Shown: positions 31,248 through 40,331, numbered from the stretch's first letter. The stretch is DNA of 64,000 nucleotides from Marinilabiliales bacterium (GCA_963776205.1 CAVZLR010000003.1:108366-172365); one strand, 5' to 3'. Made by a program: numbers and translations. The notes: generated by a model from the letters alone, not told the origin.

Positions 31248-33029
31248 TTACCAAATGATCAGTTTATTGGACAAAAAGAAACCTTCATCATTTTGAATCA
31301 TAATAAAGTACTCCCCTGCAGTCAATCCACTTAGATTTAATTTTATTATTTCTTTAAAAGTAGTGCATTGCTTTTTAACCGACTTACCATACAAATCATA
31401 AACATTAATTATAATCGCATTACTGTTTCCAAATTCCTCCGATGATATTTCAATATGAGTGATATCAACCGCAGGATTCGGAAATATTTTAAGGTGACCA
31501 CTAGCTTTATTGGATTTACTTATCACGCCGTTGCTCGTTTCATTAATATTAATTTGGTATGTGTAATAGGGAGCTACAAAAGGCTTTGTAACGGTTTTAC
31601 CTGAATTGGAAGTAGCCTCCAAATAATAATGGATTATATCTGCATTATCCTCTCTTGGAATAAAAGCTCTATACTCATTATCAAAATCTAACAGCATAGG
31701 AACCCGATTAAACGGCCCGTCAGGGCTTTTCGAGTAGTATGTATATAATTCAAAAACACCACTCCTAGTCATTACATTTGCTTCGATTTCATATTCAGGT
31801 TTAGGTTGAACAGTATCACTATACCAGGCATGGTGAATCCAAATAGGGTCTATTGCAGCTACTGAATTTGTCAAACAATGTACTGCACCCCCTTCAACTA
31901 CACCCCTTCTGCTATAAACAGGAATAATATTGTAACCTGGCATTGCTTTTCTATATGTTTCTAAAGCAATACCATCGTAGGTTAAAACATCAAATTGAGG
32001 CACAAAAACTGAATTATTAACTATAATGGAGTTTGTATATGATGCGTATTGCGTATAGTACCACAATTTCAAAGAATCGTTTTTTTGAGAAGGTGGTGAG
32101 CTTATTCTATAAACTTTTAGTGGTCTTCCATATTGCGAAATCACTTGTTCTTGAAGATATGATAGAATATTAAGTAATAAAGCAGAGTCTTCCTCATAAG
32201 AATAAGGTTCAGATCCATACGTATAATTATCAGGATGACGATCAGTTAATATTATTGTTTCTTCATTTACTAGTTTCATGTAATAATCACAATGGTTTAG
32301 ATAATGAGGAATCTGATGAACTGTATCCAAACCGAACTTAGTTTGGTATTCAGGTAGCATCGCATTATATCCAAAATCTATAATCCCCATTTTATTCCCA
32401 TCTACCATATAGTTTCCACCATCAGATGCCAAACTACTTGAAGCGTTTTCATTAAAAACTGTGTCTCCCAGGTGAAGATAATTTCTAATAATTGCTCCAG
32501 AGCCCCTATTGTCATCCTTAAATAAATATAGATAAAGGGAATCGACTTTATTTTTATAAACATTCATTGGTCCATGATCACGTGTCCATTTGGTCAGTCG
32601 ATTGTAATTAGCTCTGCAACCAATAACGACATGGAATTTTGGATCATGTATATCTATTCCGTATTTTAACTGCATTGTATCAAGGATACCTGAATGGTAT
32701 TCAGGCCTGTCATTAGTATCAAGGATATAATATATATTTACTCCTTCTTGCATTAAGCCTTCAATTAATTCAACATAAAGACGATCCCATTCTTCAGCTA
32801 TTTGCAAATCGATAGGTGCCGGATTTTCAATATAAAAATTTGGTTGATGCACAATCACTCCATCTGTCTCTTCCCACTCCGCCCATGGTCTTGGGTTTGT
32901 AATCTGGCCATTTGATTCATTGAACAATGGCCATAAATGCGTAGCAATAATCAGATAAAAAAGTATATCTCTATACATTTGAATGAAGATATAAGTTGCT
33001 AATTTCAAAAAAGGAATTTGCTTATCCAA
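31248..33029 (-). CDS. agmatine deiminase / Porphyromonas-type peptidylarginine deiminase family (PAD_porph) enzyme with beta-rich domain and T9SS C-terminal domain
   Basis: Guanidino-modifying motifs are in order: WAEWEETDGVIV, WTRDHGPM, SDGGNYMVDGNKMGII, NHCDYYMKL and EGGAVHCLTNS (catalytic Cys). A beta-rich domain of about 130 aa follows, then the T9SS CTD (LKIFPNPAVD...LTAGEYFIMI). The true start may be the internal Met at 32978. Confidence 0.8.
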   Translation of the reverse strand: MDKQIPFLKLATYIFIQMYRDILFYLIIATHLWPLFNESNGQITNPRPWAEWEETDGVIVHQPNFYIENPAPIDLQIAEEWDRLYVELIEGLMQEGVNIYYILDTNDRPEYHSGILDTMQLKYGIDIHDPKFHVVIGCRANYNRLTKWTRDHGPMNVYKNKVDSLYLYLFKDDNRGSGAIIRNYLHLGDTVFNENASSSLASDGGNYMVDGNKMGIIDFGYNAMLPEYQTKFGLDTVHQIPHYLNHCDYYMKLVNEETIILTDRHPDNYTYGSEPYSYEEDSALLLNILSYLQEQVISQYGRPLKVYRISSPPSQKNDSLKLWYYTQYASYTNSIIVNNSVFVPQFDVLTYDGIALETYRKAMPGYNIIPVYSRRGVVEGGAVHCLTNSVAAIDPIWIHHAWYSDTVQPKPEYEIEANVMTRSGVFELYTYYSKSPDGPFNRVPMLLDFDNEYRAFIPREDNADIIHYYLEATSNSGKTVTKPFVAPYYTYQININETSNGVISKSNKASGHLKIFPNPAVDITHIEISSEEFGNSNAIIINVYDLYGKSVKKQCTTFKEIIKLNLSGLTAGEYFIMIQNDEGFFLSNKLIIW

Positions 33030-33375
33030 AAAAATTATATGCTTATATCAAAGAAATAGACGTAACGATCATCTGACATCTACATGTATGTCTTCAAATT
33101 AAGTGGCGTAAACTTGAAAGAGCTAGTAAGTAGCCTTAAGAATATTATAACAGTCTAAATGGTTTATATAATGAAATCACTTCAATTTATTCAATGTGAA
33201 AAAAATTAGCGTTTCACAAATAAGGGGAGCAAATCGCATTATTTCACTTGTAGCAGTAGATGTAGGTGGTTTTTCTAAGCCCCTACATTGGCCATTTCTC
33301 AAACTGAGCTTTTTAAATGAATATCTTGGATAAAAAAGTAATTATCGTTCCATCCTCAGTTTATACCTGGCTTTT

Positions 33376-34428
33376 CTATCTTCTTCCACCTCGTCCGCCG
33401 CCGCCACCCCGACTGCCTCCATATCCTCCGCTACGACCACCACCACTGTAACTACCACTTCTGTTTCCACCTCCATATGAACCTGATGCGGATGGGCGTG
33501 TGGCTGCCGACGTATTTGAAGGACGTGTCGAAGGTCTGTTCACATTCCCAGTTGAAGGCTTGTTAACGTTACCAGTTGATGGTCTGTTTACATTCCCAGT
33601 TGAGGGCTTGTTGACGTTACCGGTTGATGACCTGTTACCACCATAATTGCCGCTAGCTTTATTATGGTTCACCGTATTAGAACTACTCCTGTTATTATTG
33701 TAATTGTTATAATTATTATTATTACGAACTACAACCGTATTACCATGACCACCATGGTAACCATGATGATGATAATAATTATTATGACGATAAACGCCAA
33801 CCGCTATTACAGTAGCAGCCCTGAAATAAGGTGGATAATACCCGTAATAATAGGGTGGATAATAAGGTACGTATACAGGTGAATAAACATACTGTACAAT
33901 TGGAGCTGATTCAACAACGACAACAGTGCTTGTTGTAGCAACAGTCTCTGTAACAGGATCATCTCCTGTATAAGCGGGATTAGGCGTGACAGATGGCATA
34001 GCTGGTTTTGGTTCTACAACATAGTTTTTGCCATACAAATCCTTATCTCCCACGATTTGCAGTGTAACTTTATCATCTTTATCTTTTGATAAAAGAATTA
34101 CTGCTACATCTTGTGTCTCTTTTTCTGTAACATCAACCTGTAAAATAAAAGTAAAGTCTTCATTTTTTTGCTTTGTTGTTACTTTAATGAAATCTATTTT
34201 ATCGTCAAGATTTAAATCCAGGTTATTGATTCCGGTTTCTTCAGCATTTAATGTTTTTTCAAAGCCCTCAATGGTCTTCGACTTTTGAAAAAGATCCAGG
34301 ACAGCATAAAGATCAAGATTATCCCCTGGCAAGCCCAACAATTCTTCTTCATTTCCTGTTTGAGAAAAGGCAGTCATACTCACCAAACTTGCCAGTAATA
34401 TTACAGCGGTCAAAAAGATGCTTTTCAT
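33376..34428 (-). CDS. secreted four-part protein, paralog B: same N-domain, YYPPYYYGYYPPYF segment, His cluster, Asn/Ser/Gly/Arg-rich tail ending GRGGRR
   Basis: Signal peptide from MKSIFLTAVILLAS (start 34428; the track start 34488 is less likely). The architecture parallels 29783..31108. The tail contains (STGNVN[KR]P)x4 and GGNRSGSYSGGGRSGGYGGSRGGGGGRGGRR*. Confidence 0.7.
   Translation of the reverse strand: MKSIFLTAVILLASLVSMTAFSQTGNEEELLGLPGDNLDLYAVLDLFQKSKTIEGFEKTLNAEETGINNLDLNLDDKIDFIKVTTKQKNEDFTFILQVDVTEKETQDVAVILLSKDKDDKVTLQIVGDKDLYGKNYVVEPKPAMPSVTPNPAYTGDDPVTETVATTSTVVVVESAPIVQYVYSPVYVPYYPPYYYGYYPPYFRAATVIAVGVYRHNNYYHHHGYHGGHGNTVVVRNNNNYNNYNNNRSSSNTVNHNKASGNYGGNRSSTGNVNKPSTGNVNRPSTGNVNKPSTGNVNRPSTRPSNTSAATRPSASGSYGGGNRSGSYSGGGRSGGYGGSRGGGGGRGGRR
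33533..33628 (-). repeat. in-frame tandem repeat, 2 x 48 nt (4 x 24 nt), encoding STGNVNKP/STGNVNRP
   Basis: The units at 33533..33580 and 33581..33628 differ at a few positions. They lie inside the CDS tail of paralog B. Confidence 0.9.
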
Positions 34429-34662
34429 TATTTTTACTTTGTGAAGGTTCGAACTAAAATCATCTGCTAAACTACAAAGAATTACCAATCACAATCTTCT
34501 CAGGCAATCCTGATAGTTTAATCTTAATAAATGTGTTTTTATATTATTCTTTGTAGGAAAAAGCATGATAAATTTGATTTGAATAATGAAATATTATTTT
34601 CTGTTTAGGCAAATTTTGTTTTATATCTAATCAATCTCATAAAACCATTACTTTATTTACAT

Positions 34663-34670
34663 TAAATTTG
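34663..34670 (+). promoter_or_regulatory. -7 promoter element (TAAATTTG)
   Basis: Matches TAnnTTTG and lies 53 nt upstream of the ATG at 34723. Confidence 0.35.
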
Positions 34671-34722
34671 CTAATGTATATTTAACTAGATACACTATAT
34701 TTAATTTAAAATCAATTAGTTT

Positions 34723-35205
34723 ATGAAAACCAAGATATTTAGCGGAGGATTGTTGCTGTTTCTTATGACTTTGTTGTTAGCTTGTAATCAGGAAAAGAAA
34801 GTTATCCCTCCTGATCATGAGCAGATCAAAGCTGAAATTCAGGCAATCGAAGATCATTTTGCATTGACTTACAATAATCGAAATGCAGATTCAATTACGT
34901 ATTATGCAGAGGAAGCTGTTAGCTATTTTGCAGGGCAAGAACCCATTTTTGGTAGAGATGCAATACACCAGCATATACAAGAGGAATTAATGGACTTTCC
35001 GATAGGAGCCAAGATTTCTTTTGAAACGCTTGAAATTTATGTGACGAAGGATGGCGATCATGTTGCTGAAATTGGGGCGCATAAACTGGTGGATTCAACC
35101 GGTATCGTATTACAAAGAGGGCATTATATGAGTTTCTTTTTGAAGATAGATGGCAGATATATGTGTGTGAGGGATATGGCAACCTCTGTGATAATAGAGA
35201 ACTAG
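34723..35205 (+). CDS. SnoaL-like/DUF4440-like (NTF2 fold) lipoprotein
   Basis: Lipobox LLLAC. Its size of about 140 aa and pattern (IKAEIQAIEDHFALTYNNRNADSITYYAEEAV...) are typical of NTF2-like DUF4440 proteins. Confidence 0.45.
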   Translation: MKTKIFSGGLLLFLMTLLLACNQEKKVIPPDHEQIKAEIQAIEDHFALTYNNRNADSITYYAEEAVSYFAGQEPIFGRDAIHQHIQEELMDFPIGAKISFETLEIYVTKDGDHVAEIGAHKLVDSTGIVLQRGHYMSFFLKIDGRYMCVRDMATSVIIEN

Positions 35206-35420
35206 TTAAAGCTTCTAAAGTTTAATTTCGAGATTTCATCCTTTAAAGTTGTATATTTTACAAATACATCACAGTGCGGACAATGAAATGTTAAGCAGTG
35301 TTATTTAAAACTCAGCGGATCGATAAAAAGCACAAAAAACTTAATAAACATGCCAAAAAAAGCCACTAAATTTGAGTGACTTTTTTATTTTTAAATAATA
35401 TCATTCGATAACCTTAATTT

Positions 35421-35618
35421 ATGTCAGAAGTACTATCCCCTTGTATGAAAATTTGTTTCCGCGATTCGCAGGATGTATGCTTTGGCTGCAGACGAACCGG
35501 TGAAGAAATCGGTAACTGGTCAAAATATTCTGATGAAGAAAGGAAAGCTATTCTTCAAAAAATCCTAAACCGGACTAATGTACCGGGGGAAATGCCTCCA
35601 GGAAATTTTTTACGTTAG
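35421..35618 (+). CDS. DUF1289-like small Cys-rich protein
   Basis: SPCMKICFRDSQDVCFGCRRTGEEIGNWSKYSDEERKAIL matches the SPCxxxC...CxGCxRTxxEIxxW pattern as I recall it. Confidence 0.65.
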   Translation: MSEVLSPCMKICFRDSQDVCFGCRRTGEEIGNWSKYSDEERKAILQKILNRTNVPGEMPPGNFLR

Positions 35619-35632
35619 AGTATATTGCTTTA

Positions 35633-36283
35633 TTATTGGCTGGTCAAACCAAATAAATCAGTTGGTGCCTGGTCAAAGGTGCTATTGAAAAAGTATACCG
35701 TTAAAAAGATAAAAACAAAATATCCTAAGACAATAAATAATTGTATCCATGAGGTTTTCTGTATATCCTGTCTTGATTTTACATCACATACTTCACCCGG
35801 ACAGTATTGCACTTTATCCTTAAAAAACCAGGGATAAATTTTACAACCCAAACAAATTCCGAACGCCGACTCAAAAAACAAAAATATCAGGCAGATAAAA
35901 CAAATGAGTCCTGTGATAGGGCTAAAAGTGTTCATGATGTTAATCAATACAAACATGGTAACAGCCAGTGCAACTCCTATTTTCCAGGCAAACTTTTTTT
36001 GACGCGCACCCACATATTCAGGCGTCTGGTTTCTGACAATCAAACGGCCAATAATAAGTGTAGGAGCAAATTTTGGATTTATGAAAACCCGGATCAGCAT
36101 ATCTATCAGAAAAGCAATAATCGCATATTTTAATAGAAGAAAATCACCGATTGAGCCGGCCCTCTGTATGGCAATAAACATGACTAAAAAAAGGATTCCT
36201 GCAGCTGCCCTGATTTCTCGTTCATTTAACACCGGGATGCTATATCCTTCTACATTTTCTCCAAAGTTGATAATTTTCTTCAT
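35633..36283 (-). CDS. DUF4395-like integral membrane protein
   Basis: 216 aa with 4-5 TM segments. The N-terminus is VEGYSIPVLNEREIRAAAGILFL. A Cys cluster (ICLGCKIY...YCPGEVC) is followed by an extra TM helix. Confidence 0.5.
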   Translation of the reverse strand: MKKIINFGENVEGYSIPVLNEREIRAAAGILFLVMFIAIQRAGSIGDFLLLKYAIIAFLIDMLIRVFINPKFAPTLIIGRLIVRNQTPEYVGARQKKFAWKIGVALAVTMFVLINIMNTFSPITGLICFICLIFLFFESAFGICLGCKIYPWFFKDKVQYCPGEVCDVKSRQDIQKTSWIQLFIVLGYFVFIFLTVYFFNSTFDQAPTDLFGLTSQ

Positions 36284-36487
36284 TTCTAAGTTTTTCTTTT
36301 GGGCGATAAAAATAAGTTATTCCCAAAAATTATTTTCATGAGACCCTATTTTAAATTTTTCATTTTTTATTTGGAAGCAGGGTGAAAGTATCCTCTAAAG
36401 AATTTGATGAGGTTGACCTATCCTTATGGTCAACAAAAAAGCCACCCAAAAAGATGGCTTTCTTATATCCTGAGAAAAAATCAAGCT

Positions 36488-37357
36488 TTAGCCCTGCGGA
36501 CCGTCCCAGCTGGCAATACCCATCCCTTCAAGTCCTGCTTTGCGAATGGGATCTGTTGCATCGTTTATAGCCTGGAAACCGAAATCTAAACCCGCAATAG
36601 TCCGCAACGGGCGACTACCTTCAGGCATGTTTATCAGGTTTTCAAATATTTGCACTACGATCATTGGATCCGTAGGGGCATTTTCATCTGCATACATACT
36701 TTGTACCTGCTTTCCAAATCCATCCATGAATTCTCCAACATGTTGATATGCTGACGAAGTTTCAGTACTATCAGCATTGAGAATGTTCCCGAAAAATTTT
36801 GTTGCAAAAGGTCCGGGTTCAACAATTACCACATCAACTCCTAAAGGAGCCAATTCATAACGCATGGCCTCACTTATGCCTTCCAGTCCCCATTTACTGG
36901 CATGGTAAACACCCCATCCGGGGAAAGCTCCTCTACCTGCAGTTGAACTAACCTGGATGATCAATCCTGATTTTCGGGTACGCATACCTGGAAGTACTGC
37001 TTTAGCCATCCTGATAGTTCCAACAATATTTAAATCCAATTGATCCATAATTTCACTGGAGGTAAAAGCTTCAACAGGTCCGCCATATCCAATTCCGGCG
37101 TTGTTAATCAGTACATCGATTTCAGGAATCTGTGCAACAGCATCATTAACACTCTTGTCAGATGTTACGTCGATCTCCAGCACATCTATTTTAAGGCCTT
37201 TCGTTTTCGCGAAGTCTTTCAATTCTTTTGCAGCTTTCGCATTCTTACTACGTACGTTTCTCATGGTTGCATATACATGATGACCTTTTTCAGCCAGATA
37301 TTTTGCGGATTCAAAACCAAATCCTGTACTGCAACCTGTAATTAATATTTTTTTCAT
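36488..37357 (-). CDS. SDR family oxidoreductase
   Basis: Cofactor motif ILITGCSTGFGFE, NNAG, and catalytic YHASK. Confidence 0.85.
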   Translation of the reverse strand: MKKILITGCSTGFGFESAKYLAEKGHHVYATMRNVRSKNAKAAKELKDFAKTKGLKIDVLEIDVTSDKSVNDAVAQIPEIDVLINNAGIGYGGPVEAFTSSEIMDQLDLNIVGTIRMAKAVLPGMRTRKSGLIIQVSSTAGRGAFPGWGVYHASKWGLEGISEAMRYELAPLGVDVVIVEPGPFATKFFGNILNADSTETSSAYQHVGEFMDGFGKQVQSMYADENAPTDPMIVVQIFENLINMPEGSRPLRTIAGLDFGFQAINDATDPIRKAGLEGMGIASWDGPQG

Positions 37358-37435
37358 ATTCTTCAGATAATAGATTAATTCTTATAGTGATTTTTCATTG
37401 TTTAAGTAAAAGGCACAATTAAAGCAGAATTCTTT

Positions 37436-37460
37436 CATAAAAAAGAACACGCATGTTCTT
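37436..37460 (-). terminator. possible rho-independent terminator downstream of the esterase gene
   Basis: Stem AAGAACA/TGTTCTT with loop CGCA. An A-run on the plus strand gives a U-run on the minus strand. It lies 175 nt from the stop at 37635. Confidence 0.35.
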
Positions 37461-37634
37461 TAACACTTATTTAACTACTCTCTGGCTACTTCAAAAAGTA
37501 TCTTACCAGGCATATAATTAATAAAAACTCCAAAGAAAGATTCTGTGAAATGGTCAGCTTTTTTTATCAGCTGATTTTAATAAAAAGACAGGATAATTAT
37601 GTAATAATGGAACTTAAAGTTCCGGTTTTATTTA

Positions 37635-38807
37635 TTAGAATTGATCGGCCTTTAAAATTTTAAAGCTCTGATTACCAATTTTTAAAATGTATGTGGCTGT
37701 TGGCAAGCCTGACAGGTCAACTTGGTAAATCTTTGAAAGTATAACACCTGTAAGGATCACATTGCCCTGCACTGATCGGATTTCATATTCTTTCGGGCTT
37801 TGAAAACTATTTTCAATTGTAATAAATGATTTAGTTGGATTAGGGTACACTCTCAAATTAGGATCATTTGTATTAATTTTCTCAATACTCGTTATACCCA
37901 TCAATCCATTGATATCATACCTCGAAAAGAAATTCCAAATTTCTACTGAAGCGTCAATATCATTATTGGTTCCGTTACCTCCCAAAATATTACCAGGCCA
38001 AGTATGTCCCCCGCCAACAATCATAAAATGTTCTACGTTAACACTATTATCACCTGCATCAAACACAAGGTGTTCAATCGTGCTGCCATCATCAGGGTCA
38101 ATATCGGGTAAAGCAGTAACGGTAGGTATCGGATTACAATTATTATAATTCGCCCAATACTCTAATACATCATCTATCGGCAAAGTCCAGGTAGCTCCGT
38201 TATACGGTACCACATCATCTGTTGTTCCATGCATCTGCAATATCGGTGTCGGGTGCTGAGGATTACTATTGTAGAAGGTTTCTGGTGTCATCGACCCTGC
38301 AACAGGCGCAATAGCAGCTATTTTGTCACTTAATTGACAGGCCAGCAGAAAACTCATAAAACCTCCATTTGACATGCCTGTTGCGTATACCCTGTCAATG
38401 TTAATATTGTATTCAGCAGCAATAGTATCCAGCAAAACGTCAATAAAGCCAACGTCATCAGCAGTGCTTCCAATTGTCCAGCCACCCACATTCCAGTGTG
38501 TAATTCCATTAAACAAAGTTCCTTGTGGATGAATAACAAGAAAACCTGCTGTGTCAGCAATTGTTCTAAAATCGCCATACCACATTTGCTGGCTGGCATT
38601 ACTTCCATACCCATGAAAGTTTAACACCAGCGGAACCGGGTTGTTACCTGAATAGTTTTCAGGTATATAAACAATATACTCACGTTGCATATCATCATGC
38701 GTAATGCTTTCGTTCAGGGTTTGTTGACCAAACATAGATAATTGCATGAACAGAAAAGCGAGTATCGTTATTATGCTTTTATCTAAAAAATTCTTTTTAT
38801 TGTACAT
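37635..38807 (-). CDS. PHB-depolymerase/LpqC-type esterase (alpha/beta hydrolase, CE1-like) with T9SS C-terminal domain
   Basis: PLVLNFHGYGSNASQQ, ADDVGFIDVLL, and nucleophile elbow GMSNGGFMS...LACQLSDKIAAIAPVAGS. The CTD is LRVYPNPTKSFITIEN...PTATYILKI. Confidence 0.75.
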   Translation of the reverse strand: MYNKKNFLDKSIITILAFLFMQLSMFGQQTLNESITHDDMQREYIVYIPENYSGNNPVPLVLNFHGYGSNASQQMWYGDFRTIADTAGFLVIHPQGTLFNGITHWNVGGWTIGSTADDVGFIDVLLDTIAAEYNINIDRVYATGMSNGGFMSFLLACQLSDKIAAIAPVAGSMTPETFYNSNPQHPTPILQMHGTTDDVVPYNGATWTLPIDDVLEYWANYNNCNPIPTVTALPDIDPDDGSTIEHLVFDAGDNSVNVEHFMIVGGGHTWPGNILGGNGTNNDIDASVEIWNFFSRYDINGLMGITSIEKINTNDPNLRVYPNPTKSFITIENSFQSPKEYEIRSVQGNVILTGVILSKIYQVDLSGLPTATYILKIGNQSFKILKADQF

Positions 38808-39061
38808 GATATGAGTTGTCTCTTGTGCAAAGATACAATGAAGCTCGCAAAATAGGAATTCCAGCCATTCAATTCAATGCAACAGGCCAAAAGCATATTA
38901 CATATCGAACTTTCTTTTTCACCTTTGAAGTAATGTTTTCTGGCTTTGTCAGTTTTTTTAAATTTAATGCTTCATTTGTGAATATCAATTATTTACTTGT
39001 ATTATAATCTTTATTGTCGTATATTTCACCTTCGTAATAATTTTAATTCAAATTCGCAACC

Positions 39062-40309
39062 ATGAAAAAAAATTCTTTACTTATTTTAAGCTGTTTGCTT
39101 TTATTATTTTGTAATACAGCTCTATTCTCACAGGAAAACTGGGAGAAATATGAAGACAATCCAGTACTTACAACCGGAGATGAAGCCGCGTGGGATGAAT
39201 ATGGTGTATCATTGGGGGGTGTGCTTAAATTTGATAACCAATATCATTTATGGTATAATGGCAGAATGAGCGAGATCAGTAACTGGCAAATTGGTTATGC
39301 CTGGTCAGATGATGGAATAAGCTGGACCAAATACCCATTTCCGGTAATTACATATGGACAGTTCGGGAACTGGGATAATTACAGAAGATTGGGATCTGTA
39401 ATAAGGGTAGACGACACCCTTAAGATGTGGTTTGTTGCTTCAAAAGATATGCCTTTTGAAATGCAATTGGGTTATGCCTGGTCAGTGGATGGTGTATCCT
39501 GGAATATATATCCCGAACCCATTTTATCTGCCGGTCAAGATGGCGAATGGGACGACTACCTTGTTTTCGAGCCTTCTGTTGTTTATACAGGTGGCGAATA
39601 TCATATGTGGTATAGTGGATATGACGATGATAATTATACACCAAAAATTGGTCATGCCACTTCACCTGATGGTATAAATTGGGAGAAAGACATTGAGAAT
39701 AATCCTGTTTTGGAAGGTGGAATCGAAGGAAGTTACCTTGAAGGATGGGTATGTTTCCCAAATGTATTACGTATTGATGGAATGTTTAAAATGTGGTTTT
39801 CAGGTCACGATGTATTTGAACATTACCGGATTGGTTATGCAGAATCAGCAGACGGCATTGAATGGGATTATATAACTGAAGAGCCTGTTTTGACGATAGG
39901 CGCCAACGAAACATGGGATGACATCATGGTTTGTCGGCCTTCTGTAATGATTGCTGATAACCAATACAAGATGTGGTATTCAGGTAATGATGGCTCGAGA
40001 TATAAAATAGGACTTGCTTTAGGAGATATTGTTACAAAAGTTGATGATCATTTTACATCAGATGCTTTTTATTGTCAATCATTCCCTAATCCTTTTACAA
40101 ATGAATTGGAATTGAAATATTATCTGGATGCAGAATCTCAAGTTATAATTTCCTTGATTGATTCTAAAGGTAATATAATTAAAACCATCAAAGATGAATT
40201 TCATCTGCCGGGCGATCATAAAGCCCTTTTTAACGCGACCGATTTAAGTGCTGGTGTTTATTATTATCGCATACAAACAATGCACAAGTTGCAGTTGGAA
40301 AAATATTAA
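39062..40309 (+). CDS. five-bladed beta-propeller glycosidase-like protein (GH130/GH43-like repeats) with T9SS C-terminal domain
   Basis: A blade motif repeats along the protein: W(D/E)...V..P.V.....Y.MWY.G......IGYA.S.DG..W (IGYAWSDDGISW, LGYAWSVDGVSW, IGHATSPDGINW, IGYAESADGIEW). The CTD is FPNPFTNELELKYY...SAGVYYYRI. Confidence 0.5.
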   Translation: MKKNSLLILSCLLLLFCNTALFSQENWEKYEDNPVLTTGDEAAWDEYGVSLGGVLKFDNQYHLWYNGRMSEISNWQIGYAWSDDGISWTKYPFPVITYGQFGNWDNYRRLGSVIRVDDTLKMWFVASKDMPFEMQLGYAWSVDGVSWNIYPEPILSAGQDGEWDDYLVFEPSVVYTGGEYHMWYSGYDDDNYTPKIGHATSPDGINWEKDIENNPVLEGGIEGSYLEGWVCFPNVLRIDGMFKMWFSGHDVFEHYRIGYAESADGIEWDYITEEPVLTIGANETWDDIMVCRPSVMIADNQYKMWYSGNDGSRYKIGLALGDIVTKVDDHFTSDAFYCQSFPNPFTNELELKYYLDAESQVIISLIDSKGNIIKTIKDEFHLPGDHKALFNATDLSAGVYYYRIQTMHKLQLEKY

Positions 40310-40331
40310 AGCTTAGGTAATCTTCCGAATA

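Noticed and set aside
27472-33274. The 14-mer TGTAGGTGGTTTTT occurs in the tRNA-Asn terminator (27472..27485) and again at 33261..33274. This could be att-like direct repeats bounding an integrated island.
   Set aside because: A 14-nt T-rich match is expected by chance in an AT-rich 64-kb window. It does not include the tRNA 3' end, and no integrase or recombinase lies between the copies. The second copy is part of its own local hairpin (ATGTAGG...CCTACAT).
33533-33628. Regular 24/48-nt repeats that could be mistaken for a mini CRISPR array.
   Set aside because: The repeats are contiguous with no spacers. They are in frame within a long ORF and encode STGNVN[KR]P units, so they are a coding tandem repeat.
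35330-35395. A weak hairpin plus T-run (GCCACTAAATTTGAGTGAC TTTTTT) as a terminator for 34723..35205.
   Set aside because: The stem has only 4-5 bp with a mismatch, which is not convincing enough to list as a feature.
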